The notes under the pieces are model-generated. The model saw only the letters and a list, made by a program, of their open reading frames with translations, was not told where the DNA came from and made no database searches. A stretch of DNA of 64,000 nt, taken from assembly GCA_902566315.1 (NCBI GenBank), contig CACFIL010000001.1, forward strand, positions 7,977-71,976, in the 5' to 3' direction. The position numbers and the translations under genes were made by a program. This DNA is from an uncultured Pelagibacteraceae bacterium. GTDB taxonomy: Bacteria; Pseudomonadota; Alphaproteobacteria; Pelagibacterales; Pelagibacteraceae. This document shows, one piece after another, positions 1-9,358 of the stretch (the first letter of the stretch is position 1; each line of letters starts with the position of its first letter).

Positions 1-478
1 CATTTATCCTTCTTACTTCCTCGTAAATAAAATCTAATTCAAATACATCCATCCATTTAAGTGCCAAAATATGTTCTCTGCTAACCAATGGATCTCCTAA
101 TTCATCATTTTTTAAACAATATTCTATTAGTGGATAATCTAATACTGTACCATCTTCTATTCCCAATCTTTTTGTTAAGGATCCTGTAGCAATATTTCTT
201 ACAATAAATTCAATTGGAATAATTTCTACTAACTTAACAAGTTGTTCTCTCATATTAAGTCTTTTTACTAAATGATTTTTTATTCCAACGTTGCTTAGTT
301 GAGTAAGGATATGTTCTGAAATTCTGTTATTTAAAATTCCTTTTCCTTCAATTACACCTTTTTTTTGATTGTTAAAAGCAGTTGCATCATCTTTAAAATG
401 TTGAATTACTAAATTCTGGTCATTTGTTGTATAAATAATTTTTGCTTTACCTTCGTATAATTTTTTTCCTTTTCTCAT
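1..478 (-). CDS. purC: SAICAR synthetase (partial, runs off window start)
   Basis: Manual translation from ATG at 478: MRKGKKLYEGKAKIIYTTNDQNLVIQHFKDDATAFN, the PurC N-terminal motif. TAATG overlap with the purB stop. Confidence 0.95.
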   Translation of the reverse strand, partial: MRKGKKLYEGKAKIIYTTNDQNLVIQHFKDDATAFNNQKKGVIEGKGILNNRISEHILTQLSNVGIKNHLVKRLNMREQLVKLVEIIPIEFIVRNIATGSLTKRLGIEDGTVLDYPLIEYCLKNDELGDPLVSREHILALKWMDVFELDFIYEEVRRIN

Positions 479-1770
479 TATTTAAATACCCTTTTAAAAA
501 TCAAATTTACATTCTTAAAGTGTGAGGAATAATCAAATATTTTTTTCATTTTTTTAATTGATATCCTAGATGTTATTTTTTTATCACTCATCACAACGTC
601 TAAAAGATTAAGATTATCTGTTATGCATTTTTTAGCATGTGCTTGAACCAATCTATAGGATTTTTCTCTTGTTAAACCTGATTTGGTTAATTCAAGCATT
701 AATTCTTGTGAGAAAATGGTACCCTTTGTGATATTAAGGTTGTCCATCATTTTCTTTGGATAAACTATCATTTTATCTAAAATACTAGCTAGTCTTACTA
801 AAGCAAAATCTAATGTTATATTTGCATCTGGTCCAATGTTTCTTTCTACACTTGAATGAGAAATATCTCTTTCATGCCAAAGGGCAATATTTTCCAAAGC
901 TGGAATGGTATAGCTTCTAACCATTCTAGCTAGTCCTGTTAGATTTTCACTTAATATAGGGTTCTTCTTGTGGGGCATTGCACTTGACCCTTTTTGTTTT
1001 TTTGAAAAAAATTCCTGCAATTCATAAACTTCAGTTCTTTGCAAGTGTCTAATTTCAGTTGAAACTCTCTCAATTGATCCTGCTATAATACCTAAAACTG
1101 AAAAATAATATGCATGTCTATCTCTTGGAATAACCTGTGTAGATACCGGTTCAGCCTTTAATCCAAGTTTTTTAGCAACGTGTTTTTCTACATTAGGATT
1201 AATGTTTGCAAATGTGCCAACAGCACCAGAGATTGCACAAGTTGATATTTCATCTATTGCACTAATTAATCTTTTTCTGTTCCTTAGAAATTCTTCATAA
1301 TAAGAAGCTAATTTAAGTCCAAATGTAATTGGTTCAGCATGTATCCCATGACTTCTACCCATACATGGTGTGAATTTATATTTTTTGGCTTTTGACTTTA
1401 AAACTTTTAGTATTTGATCAATATCCTTTACTAAAATCTTACCAGACTGGACTAATTGAATATTAAAACTTGTATCTACTACATCCGATGAAGTCATTCC
1501 TTGATGTAAGTATCTTGCTTTAATTCCTACTTTTTCAGTAACTGATGTAAGAAAAGCTATAAGATCATGTTTTACTTTAGCTTCGATATTATGAATTCTT
1601 TTAACATTAATTTTAGCTTTTTTTCTAACAGCACTTGCAACTCCTTTTGGGATAGTTCCTAACTTTTCCATCCCTTCAGCCGCAGCAATCTCTACATCTA
1701 ACCAAATTTGATATTTGTTATATTCAGACCAAATATCTGTTAGTTCTTTTCTAGAATATCTTGTTATCAT
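478..1770 (-). CDS. purB: adenylosuccinate lyase
   Basis: GSSAMPHKKNP fumarase/lyase signature, GMTSSD, GRSHGIHAEP. Confidence 0.97.
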   Translation of the reverse strand: MITRYSRKELTDIWSEYNKYQIWLDVEIAAAEGMEKLGTIPKGVASAVRKKAKINVKRIHNIEAKVKHDLIAFLTSVTEKVGIKARYLHQGMTSSDVVDTSFNIQLVQSGKILVKDIDQILKVLKSKAKKYKFTPCMGRSHGIHAEPITFGLKLASYYEEFLRNRKRLISAIDEISTCAISGAVGTFANINPNVEKHVAKKLGLKAEPVSTQVIPRDRHAYYFSVLGIIAGSIERVSTEIRHLQRTEVYELQEFFSKKQKGSSAMPHKKNPILSENLTGLARMVRSYTIPALENIALWHERDISHSSVERNIGPDANITLDFALVRLASILDKMIVYPKKMMDNLNITKGTIFSQELMLELTKSGLTREKSYRLVQAHAKKCITDNLNLLDVVMSDKKITSRISIKKMKKIFDYSSHFKNVNLIFKRVFK

Positions 1771-1822
1771 TAATTATATGGAGGCCTCGTGCAAAGTTTA
1801 ACAGATTCTGTTAAACTTTATA
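1770..1822 (-). pseudogene. decayed duplicate of the map 3' end (putative attachment-site scar)
   Basis: Minus strand reads TESVKLCTRPPYN* versus the map C-terminus TESIKGYSKPPY*. 25/36 nt and 7/12 aa are identical. Its TAA overlaps the purB ATG. Confidence 0.65.
1793..1819. repeat. perfect 27-bp palindrome AAAGTTTAACAGA-T-TCTGTTAAACTTT
   Basis: 13-bp arms are exact reverse complements around a 1-nt centre. Confidence 0.9.
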
Positions 1823-2029
1823 AGAACTTATTTTTTTATTATCTTATGCCTAATCTTGTGAATTTTGTCCTTATTCGATTTCTATAATAACTAATTATAG
1901 CTCAAATACTTTTTTTTTCAACGAAAGATTGAATTCATGTCTCATAATTTCCAATCTAATCCAAAGTTTTTATAATCTAATTACTCTTAGTATTTATAAG
2001 AGGATTGAATCAACCAAATCTTAATTTAT

Positions 2030-3157
2030 CTATTTTTTAAAATTATGATTATTTAGCAAACCCGTCTTTTGAAATTCTCTGTTTACAATAAAAAGTTTTC
2101 TATCACACATACATTTATTTTTTTCCATTAACTTAAAACTCTTTTCTACTTCTTCTTTATCGTAAGAATAATAGAGATCCCAAAAATTATTATCTTTCAA
2201 ATTTCCAAGTGACTGATCATGAAAATCTGGAGACGAAGATTCTGAGCAGTGATATAAATAACCGTCTAGTCCAATCGCTGGATGTGCAAATCTTGCATAG
2301 CACGGTATAGCTCTTAATTGATTAATATTATATTTTGTATCAGGATCAACAATAGATACAAAAGTTGAAGAGCTTTTTTTACTAGAAATTAGGTTTTCAA
2401 TTTTGTCAATTAATTTTTTTCGGTCCTCAACAAAAATATTTCCTTTTTGATTATAGTCATATTCTCTCGGAACTTGAGGAAATGAAAATCTTAAAGTGTT
2501 TACACCCAATGAAGATAAATCATCGATACTTTTAGAAACTTCTTCAATACTTGAGTTATGAGTGGTTAATAAATAGGTCGTATTAATGTCCACTTTATTA
2601 TTCTTCTTTTGTTTAACATTTTCTATGTTTTTATAAATTTTTCCAAGTATATCTAAACTTGACTTTATTCCATGTGTAATGTTGTAACTTTCTTTCTTAC
2701 CCGCATCCACGCTTACAGAAACATAGGACTTATCTCTTATAGTTTTATCAGAAACAATTTCTAAAAATTTATTTGATATTTTAAGTAATTTTGTGTGCAT
2801 TCCAGTTATGAAATTATTTTCAACTGAGGTTTCGAATAATTGATCAAAATGCTCGTAATTTAAAGGATCTGTTGCATAACCTGCTAGTATAAGTTTTTCA
2901 ATTCGGCCATTTGGCCCTGAAGAAACCTCTTTTATGATTTCTTTATATCTTTCTACTGTAAGTCTATCACCTGAATTTTTTGCGCTTCCTCCATAGCAAT
3001 AAGGGCATTGCATCCAGCAAAGAGCTTTCCCTTTTTCTCGACCTGGTTGGAGTTCAATTTGATATGGTACGCTTGTGTAATTTAAAATTTTTTTTGCAAA
3101 TTCCCCATAGTCAACATATTTTACATTGTAGTTTGCTCTTTGTGTTACTGTAGTCAT
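2030..3157 (-). CDS. radical SAM enzyme with C-terminal twitch/SPASM-like Cys region, probably sugar-modifying
   Basis: CxxxCxxC (CWMQCPYC). C-terminal CYARF...DGYLYHC...GNL...CMC pattern. Sugar-gene context. Confidence 0.85.
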   Translation of the reverse strand: MTTVTQRANYNVKYVDYGEFAKKILNYTSVPYQIELQPGREKGKALCWMQCPYCYGGSAKNSGDRLTVERYKEIIKEVSSGPNGRIEKLILAGYATDPLNYEHFDQLFETSVENNFITGMHTKLLKISNKFLEIVSDKTIRDKSYVSVSVDAGKKESYNITHGIKSSLDILGKIYKNIENVKQKKNNKVDINTTYLLTTHNSSIEEVSKSIDDLSSLGVNTLRFSFPQVPREYDYNQKGNIFVEDRKKLIDKIENLISSKKSSSTFVSIVDPDTKYNINQLRAIPCYARFAHPAIGLDGYLYHCSESSSPDFHDQSLGNLKDNNFWDLYYSYDKEEVEKSFKLMEKNKCMCDRKLFIVNREFQKTGLLNNHNFKK

Positions 3158-3160
3158 AAC

Positions 3161-4063
3161 TTAAAGAATTTCTTTTACTCGAAAATGTTCATTTTTATTT
3201 TCTAATTGTTTAATTCTTATACCAATAAAAAAATAAAATAAAGTTAACATTAAAGAAATAATGAATAAAATTAAAGAAGCTTCAGTTTTACTGGATAGAA
3301 TAATTGATATAAAAAAAAGCAGCCAAAAGGTTGCGGTTAATATAATGATCGATCTTTTTAAGAGTGACTTTGCATAAAAAAAAATTGTATCTAAAGCCAA
3401 AAGTGAACTCGAAATAAAATTAAATTTTGTTCTACCGATCTTTCTATCATTTCCATCATAAAAAATCTTTTCATGTGAGTCAATAAAATCAAGAATTCTG
3501 ATTCTAATAAAAACAAATGGTGGTAGATTTGCAAAAAAATTTTTGTTTATCTCCTTAGTAATTAACCTGAAATCAGCGTGATTTTTAATAATAGGAATTT
3601 TGATTATTTTCATAAATCTGTAATATTCATTTGAAAAAAAATTTTTTAAAAAAGTTTCATGTCTTTTTTTATAGCAACCCATGATTGGTTTATTTGTTGA
3701 GTAATGAGTAAGTATCAAATCTTTAATTTTGTCAGGATCTTCATGAAGATCAGCTGAAACTGTTATTATCATTTCATTTTTTGCATGATACATACCCGCA
3801 AGGTAAGAAGCGGTATAGCCATAATTTTTTATTAGGTTAACTATCTTAAAAGCATTATTTTTTTTTTGATCTAAAAGAACTTCAAGCGTTTTATCAGTTG
3901 AGCCATTATTAACCACAACGACTTCAAATTCTGAAATTATTTTTTTTTTTAAAATATCTTTCAATATATCAAAATAAATTCTGAGTGATATTTTAATCGC
4001 ATCTTGTTCATTATTACAAGGAATTACCAAGGATAAACTTTTAATTTTATAACTATTTGTCAT
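3161..4063 (-). CDS. GT2 polyprenyl-phosphate glycosyltransferase (GtrB/ArnC-like)
   Basis: LSLVIPCNNEQ, VVVNNGSTDKT, NYG, ADLHEDP, DFRL motifs and two C-terminal TM helices. Confidence 0.88.
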   Translation of the reverse strand: MTNSYKIKSLSLVIPCNNEQDAIKISLRIYFDILKDILKKKIISEFEVVVVNNGSTDKTLEVLLDQKKNNAFKIVNLIKNYGYTASYLAGMYHAKNEMIITVSADLHEDPDKIKDLILTHYSTNKPIMGCYKKRHETFLKNFFSNEYYRFMKIIKIPIIKNHADFRLITKEINKNFFANLPPFVFIRIRILDFIDSHEKIFYDGNDRKIGRTKFNFISSSLLALDTIFFYAKSLLKRSIIILTATFWLLFFISIILSSKTEASLILFIISLMLTLFYFFIGIRIKQLENKNEHFRVKEIL

Positions 4064-4778
4064 TTAGCATTTTAAGATCAATATCATTATTAATCTGGAA
4101 AAAAAAGTTATCATCGTAGATAAAACTAAGTTTTTTATTTTTAGCAGCTTTATTAAATAATTTTGTTTCAAAATTTTGTTTAATTTTTTTTAAATTTTTC
4201 TCAAGATAATTCCTCTCAATGGCACAGAGTCCTGAGTAAAAAAAATTGAAATTTCCATTCGTATCAATAAATTTTTTGAATATTTTACTCTTGTATCTAA
4301 AATTGGTGCGTGTATTTTTTTTTTCAATGAAACCATATTCTAGCTTCAGCTTTGTACAAATTAAATTTATAAGAATTTTTTTAGTATAAATTTTTTCATT
4401 GAGTAATTTATTTAAATCAAATTCGTAATAAGAGTCACCATTTATTAAAATAATATTTTCGGTTGTATTTCCTAAATACTTGATACTTTTTTTAATGCGA
4501 TTTGTAATATTAGTATTTAATCCTGCATTAAAAATTTTAAGATCTTCTTTCAATAAATTTTTATTAATATATTTTTGAATTTCTCTGGCACGATATCCTA
4601 GTGGAATTATTATCTTATCTAATTTATATCTCCTCAAATATATTATTATATGATGTATAAGCGGATAACCATTATATTTTATTAAAGTTTTATTCTTTTT
4701 TTCTCCTACAGACCCAAGTCTTGATCCTTTACCACCACATAAAATAATTGCAGAGGTGTTTAATATTTTTTTAGGCAT
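4053..4778 (-). CDS. sugar-1-phosphate nucleotidyltransferase (RfbF-like)
   Basis: AIILCGGKGSRL...K motif, LGY, NGD. Confidence 0.85.
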   Translation of the reverse strand: MPKKILNTSAIILCGGKGSRLGSVGEKKNKTLIKYNGYPLIHHIIIYLRRYKLDKIIIPLGYRAREIQKYINKNLLKEDLKIFNAGLNTNITNRIKKSIKYLGNTTENIILINGDSYYEFDLNKLLNEKIYTKKILINLICTKLKLEYGFIEKKNTRTNFRYKSKIFKKFIDTNGNFNFFYSGLCAIERNYLEKNLKKIKQNFETKLFNKAAKNKKLSFIYDDNFFFQINNDIDLKMLNDK

Positions 4779-5667
4779 AAAAAATTCTACAACATTTGGT
4801 TAGATTATTCCTAATTTTTTCGTATTCATACTTCTTATTATAATTTTTATTACTTCTTATAATTTTTTTTATATTTATAGTTAATGGATTTTGAACTTTA
4901 ATTTTTTTATTAATTTTTCTTGATTTTAAATAAATTGATACAGCTTCTTTTTTTTCGATAGTTTTTCTCTCAACTAAATAATTATCAAACCCAAATTTTA
5001 ACTTCTTAACCATCGATTTTTGCACAAATACGATATTACAATAACATTTGTCTGCATAAAAATTTATTAAACACTTGTCTTTTAGGATTTTTTTTCTAAT
5101 TTTTGTTATTTTCTTATATTTAAAAATTTTGTCAAAAACACTAAAAAAGTGAGGAATTAAATCATCTAAAATATTTTCATAGTTATGTGATCCATTTGTA
5201 TGAAAAATAAAATCAAATTTTTTGAAATCAAATTTATAATTTTTAAATAGTTGAATATATTTTTTTGCAAAATATTCATTTGTTAATGTATAAAAAATTT
5301 TTTTATTATGACTTAAAATCTGGTCAAGTTGTTTTAAAGCCCATTTTTGAGTTTTTATTTTTTTTAGACTTATGATCGGTTTTTCAATTATTATATTTTT
5401 ATTTTTTTTAAGTGCTATCTTAACGTGTTTTAAATGATATTCATTAGGAGAACAAATTAAAGTTGTGTCAAATTTGTATTTGAAAAATTTTTCATAATTA
5501 TTTGCTGTTTTAAGTCTAGTTTTATATTTCTTATTGATTAATTTTGCTTTTTTAAATGAACTACGTATTGATGAGTTTTTAATTATTAAACAATTAATTT
5601 TGTTTTTGTTAAAATCTCTTAAATAATACTCGCCAAGTCTACCTAAGCCTATAATCCCTAATTTCAT
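4771..5667 (-). CDS. Gfo/Idh/MocA family NAD(P)-dependent oxidoreductase
   Basis: GIIGLGRLG Rossmann motif, ICSPNEYH, IIIEKP signature. Confidence 0.85.
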   Translation of the reverse strand: MKLGIIGLGRLGEYYLRDFNKNKINCLIIKNSSIRSSFKKAKLINKKYKTRLKTANNYEKFFKYKFDTTLICSPNEYHLKHVKIALKKNKNIIIEKPIISLKKIKTQKWALKQLDQILSHNKKIFYTLTNEYFAKKYIQLFKNYKFDFKKFDFIFHTNGSHNYENILDDLIPHFFSVFDKIFKYKKITKIRKKILKDKCLINFYADKCYCNIVFVQKSMVKKLKFGFDNYLVERKTIEKKEAVSIYLKSRKINKKIKVQNPLTINIKKIIRSNKNYNKKYEYEKIRNNLTKCCRIFYA

Positions 5668-5799
5668 TTAATTCCATTTTGGTTATAGTTCTCATATAAT
5701 CCATGTTAAAAGAAACTAGAACAAAAAAAAAAACTAATTAAAGACTAATAAATTAATATAATTTTAGACAAATATTAATTAAATTATAATTTCGATAAA

Positions 5800-7107
5800 A
5801 TGATAAAAAAAATTTACTTTAGAGTATTTGTTTACTTATTTATTTGGCAAATTTATCTATATTTTATGTCAAATAATTCTCCCTTGGGGGTCGAATGGCT
5901 ACCTTGGCATTATCAAAGATTATACAATTTTTCTCAATTTTTAAAATTAAATGGTTATTTTTCAAATTTTGGATTTAGTATTTGGACTTTTTGTGAAAAT
6001 TGTAATCTTAATTTTGAAAATTGGAAGGACAAGATTTATTTAACTAGAACTTTTTTTTCTCAATTGCCTTCAGTAATTATTAATCATTTATTTGGAAGTG
6101 AAATTTTAAAACAATATGGACATTTTTCAGATAAAATCACCATTTTGATGAGTGGAATTTTGATTTCTGAATTATTTATTATGCTATCTGGAGACAACAA
6201 GAAGAAAGTTAAATATTTCCAAGCTATACTGTGTTTTATTTTTTTCACAATAAATCCGTGGACTTATAAAATGATAATAGCACATTGGGCAATAGTATTT
6301 TTTTTATTTTTCTATTTAATTGGAATATTTATGTTTTTGAATAAAAAATATAATTTAGGTGTACTATTTTTTTTTATTGCAGGTTTGTTTAGTTTTGAGT
6401 CTTCTGCTGGTATTGCTTTTTTTTATATTCTATTGTTACTTTATTTAAATAAAAATAAGTATAATTATGATAAATATTTTTTTAATATAAACAGCAAATT
6501 ATTAAATTATAAAGTTATTTTTTCATTGATATTTCCTGTATTGATCTATTTCTCTTTAAAAGTAATTGCTATCAGCGAATATCAAGCTGTAGAAGGGTCG
6601 TCTTTTTTGCAAAGAGTGGGCATCTCTGGTGATGATATACACAATGGATCTTTGTTAGGGGCTTTACAATTTTTAGGGGGTAATAGAATTACTAATTGTT
6701 TAGTAAATTTTAATTCGAATATTAAATTAAACAATTTATCTGACTCTATTGAGATTTATAATTGTGTTTTATCTATATCCAGTATGTATATAATTTCATT
6801 GGCATCTATTTTTGGACTTTTTATTTTAAACAAAAAATATAAATCTTTTAACAATTTAATCATATTTCCAATTTTATTTTTATTTTTATCGTATACTTTT
6901 ATATTGCAACAATCTTCCTCAGTGCATTTAATGGGTTACTCATATCTTTTTTCTATTTTATTTTCTGTCGGAATTGTGAGTGTGATTTTCCACATATTAA
7001 AAAAATATAGCTATTCAATCACATCAATTTCTTTATCTGTACCAATAACAATTGGTCTAATGATATTATGTGTTAGAGTGAGTATGCTCACAGGTTTAAA
7101 TAGTTAA
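5800..7107 (+). CDS. polytopic membrane protein, possible GT-C glycosyltransferase
   Basis: About 10 hydrophobic segments with an N-terminal extracytoplasmic loop. Divergent from the sugar operon. GT-C call is from topology and context only. Confidence 0.55.
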   Translation: MIKKIYFRVFVYLFIWQIYLYFMSNNSPLGVEWLPWHYQRLYNFSQFLKLNGYFSNFGFSIWTFCENCNLNFENWKDKIYLTRTFFSQLPSVIINHLFGSEILKQYGHFSDKITILMSGILISELFIMLSGDNKKKVKYFQAILCFIFFTINPWTYKMIIAHWAIVFFLFFYLIGIFMFLNKKYNLGVLFFFIAGLFSFESSAGIAFFYILLLLYLNKNKYNYDKYFFNINSKLLNYKVIFSLIFPVLIYFSLKVIAISEYQAVEGSSFLQRVGISGDDIHNGSLLGALQFLGGNRITNCLVNFNSNIKLNNLSDSIEIYNCVLSISSMYIISLASIFGLFILNKKYKSFNNLIIFPILFLFLSYTFILQQSSSVHLMGYSYLFSILFSVGIVSVIFHILKKYSYSITSISLSVPITIGLMILCVRVSMLTGLNS

Positions 7108-7136
7108 TATTTTTTGTGAGTATTTTTTTATGATTA

Positions 7137-7904
7137 TTAGTATGGAGGCTTACTATAACCTTTGATAGACTCTGTAAATATTTCATAGCCATTTTCAGTA
7201 ATTCCTATTGTATGCTCAAATTGTGCAGATAAAGACTTGTCTTTTGTAACTGCAGTCCATCCATCATTTAATACTTTCACATCTAATTTACCCGCATTTA
7301 TCATTGGCTCAATTGTAAAAGTCATACCTGCCGTAATTTTGTGACCGGTATTTTTTTTACCGTAATGAAGAATATTTGGTTGTTCATGAAAAGTACTACT
7401 AATTCCATGCCCACAAAAATCTCTAACTACTGAAAACCCTTTCTCTTCAACATAGGATTGAATTTCATAACCTATATCTCCCAAATTTATACCTGGTTTT
7501 AAAATTTCTATTCCTCTAATCATAGACTCATAAGTAGTCTCTATTAAATTTTTGGCTTTGATTGGTATATCTCCAATAGTAAACATTCTGCTAGTATCAC
7601 CATAGTACTCATTAACTATAGCAGTTACATCAATGTTAACTGCATCGCCATCAATGAGGATTCTATCTGATGGAACTCCATGACAAACGACATGATTTAA
7701 TGACGTACATAATGATTTTTTAAAACCACGATAATATAATGGAGCAGAATGTCCACCATTATCTCTTATAAATTCATAGCCAAGTCGATCGATTTTATTT
7801 GTAGAAATACCTTCCTTAACTTCTTTAGTTAACATGTCTAAAGTTCTAGATGCAAGTTTCCCAGCAATTCTCATTTTTTCAAATTTCTCAGAATAATTAT
7901 TCAT
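7137..7904 (-). CDS. map: type I methionine aminopeptidase
   Basis: CTSLNHVVCHG, NIDVT, GDTSR, FCGHGI, TIEPMIN, SAQFEHT. Confidence 0.97.
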   Translation of the reverse strand: MNNYSEKFEKMRIAGKLASRTLDMLTKEVKEGISTNKIDRLGYEFIRDNGGHSAPLYYRGFKKSLCTSLNHVVCHGVPSDRILIDGDAVNIDVTAIVNEYYGDTSRMFTIGDIPIKAKNLIETTYESMIRGIEILKPGINLGDIGYEIQSYVEEKGFSVVRDFCGHGISSTFHEQPNILHYGKKNTGHKITAGMTFTIEPMINAGKLDVKVLNDGWTAVTKDKSLSAQFEHTIGITENGYEIFTESIKGYSKPPY

Positions 7905-8583
7905 TTATAATTTTTATTTTTTTTTCAATTTTTATTTCTTTAGAATTTAATTCACATCTATAAGCAAGAAATTTAACACCAGATTTTTTAGCTACTAAAT
8001 ATTCTTTATGATAAGCAGTGTCAATGTCTTTTGCAATTCTAAAATTATTTACACCTTGAATTTGAATTAAAAATAGGACAAAAGGTTTATATCCTTTTCG
8101 AATAGATTCCTTTAACTTTTGAATATGTTTCAAGCCTCTAGTGGTAACTGCGTCTGGAAATTCTGCAATATCATCTTCTCTTATTAATGTTGTATTCTTT
8201 ACTTCTAAGATTTTTTTATCACACAAAAAATCAAATCTAGTATCATCAGAATACTTAAATTCAGCTCGTATATTTTTAATTGTATTAAATTCTTTTATTA
8301 ATTTATTTTCTAAAGCATGTTGAACGATTCTATTTGCCCTATGAGTATTTACCCCAATTATTCTATTTTTTACTTTTATCATCTCTAGAGTAAACTTTAA
8401 TTTACGCTTTGGATCATTGTGTTCGCTTATCCAAGCCTCATTTCCTTGATCTAATAAACCCATCATAGAGCCCGTATTTGGACAATGCGCTACAACAGTT
8501 TTATTATTTACTTCTATATCTGTGAAAAATCTCTTATATCTCCGTTGTAATTTGCCTTTTAATAAAGTCTTGGTAAATTTCAT
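7897..8583 (-). CDS. sfsA: DNA/RNA nuclease SfsA
   Basis: RYKRFF, AHCPNTGSM, RFDF, EVKN, FPDAVTTRGLKH. Confidence 0.93.
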   Translation of the reverse strand: MKFTKTLLKGKLQRRYKRFFTDIEVNNKTVVAHCPNTGSMMGLLDQGNEAWISEHNDPKRKLKFTLEMIKVKNRIIGVNTHRANRIVQHALENKLIKEFNTIKNIRAEFKYSDDTRFDFLCDKKILEVKNTTLIREDDIAEFPDAVTTRGLKHIQKLKESIRKGYKPFVLFLIQIQGVNNFRIAKDIDTAYHKEYLVAKKSGVKFLAYRCELNSKEIKIEKKIKIINE

Positions 8584-8605
8584 AGAATTTTATTTATATT
8601 TAGAA

Positions 8606-9358
8606 ATGACTAATAAAAAAGAAATATCTGCAGGAATTATCATTATAGGTAATGAGGTACTATCAGGTAGAACAAAAGATCTGAACACAAGCACACTAGC
8701 TACTTGGCTTAATTCTCTGGGAATTTCTGTTGGAGAGGTAAGAGTAATCCCTGATGTGGAAAAAACCATAATTGATACAGTTCATGAATTAAGAGTAAAA
8801 TATAACTATGTGTTTACCACAGGTGGTATTGGACCAACACATGATGACATAACAGCAGAATCAATATCAAAAGCTTTTAATATTGAATATGGATTTCATA
8901 AAGAGGCATTTGCAATTCTAGAAAAATATTACGAGCCAGGTAATTTTAATGATGGTAGACAAAAAATGGCAAAGATGCCAGTTACTGCTAATCTTATTTT
9001 AAATCCAACTAGCGGTGCCCCAGGATTTTATGTAGAAAATGTTTTTTCTCTTCCAGGCGTTCCATCAATATTAAAAGCAATGATTGGTGGACTTGGCAAT
9101 GTATTAGTAGGCGGCGATCCAATTCTAAGTAAGACAATAAATTTGATGACCTATGAAAGTGAAATAGCAAGCTCATTAACTAATGTTCAAGATAATAATA
9201 AAGATGTTGAAATAGGAAGCTATCCTTTTTTTAGACAAGGCAAATTAGGTGTCTCAATTGTATTAAGATCTAAAAATCAAGATAAAATAAATCTTTGTAA
9301 TTCGTTAATTCTTGAATTTGTAAAAGCAAAAAATATTAGAATAGTTGAACTAGAGTAA
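8606..9358 (+). CDS. CinA-like molybdopterin-binding protein
   Basis: IIIIGNEVLSG, TTGGIGPTHDDIT, LPGVP. Start reassigned to ATG 8606 to avoid overlap with sfsA. Confidence 0.9.
   Translation: MTNKKEISAGIIIIGNEVLSGRTKDLNTSTLATWLNSLGISVGEVRVIPDVEKTIIDTVHELRVKYNYVFTTGGIGPTHDDITAESISKAFNIEYGFHKEAFAILEKYYEPGNFNDGRQKMAKMPVTANLILNPTSGAPGFYVENVFSLPGVPSILKAMIGGLGNVLVGGDPILSKTINLMTYESEIASSLTNVQDNNKDVEIGSYPFFRQGKLGVSIVLRSKNQDKINLCNSLILEFVKAKNIRIVELE

Larger units (their letters stand above)
1823..7136. mobile_element. putative genomic islet (glycan-modification cassette) inserted at the map 3' end
   Basis: Five accessory genes lie between the intact map 3' end and a decayed copy of it. No integrase is present. 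Confidence 0.6.

Noticed and set aside
1779-1789. Minus-strand CGAGGCCTCCA resembles a tRNA (Cys-like) 3' end, a possible att site
   Set aside because: Only 11 nt, with no T arm and no parent tRNA in the window. The map C-terminal duplication explains the same bases better. Not fully excluded.
1882-2002. Short AT-rich hairpins (CTATAAT/ATTATAG and CTCTTA/TAAGAG) downstream of the radical SAM gene
   Set aside because: Stems of 6-7 bp are expected by chance at this AT content.
8522-8605. N-terminal extension of the CinA-like ORF from the ORF track
   Set aside because: Overlaps sfsA on the opposite strand. The family domain begins at ATG 8606.
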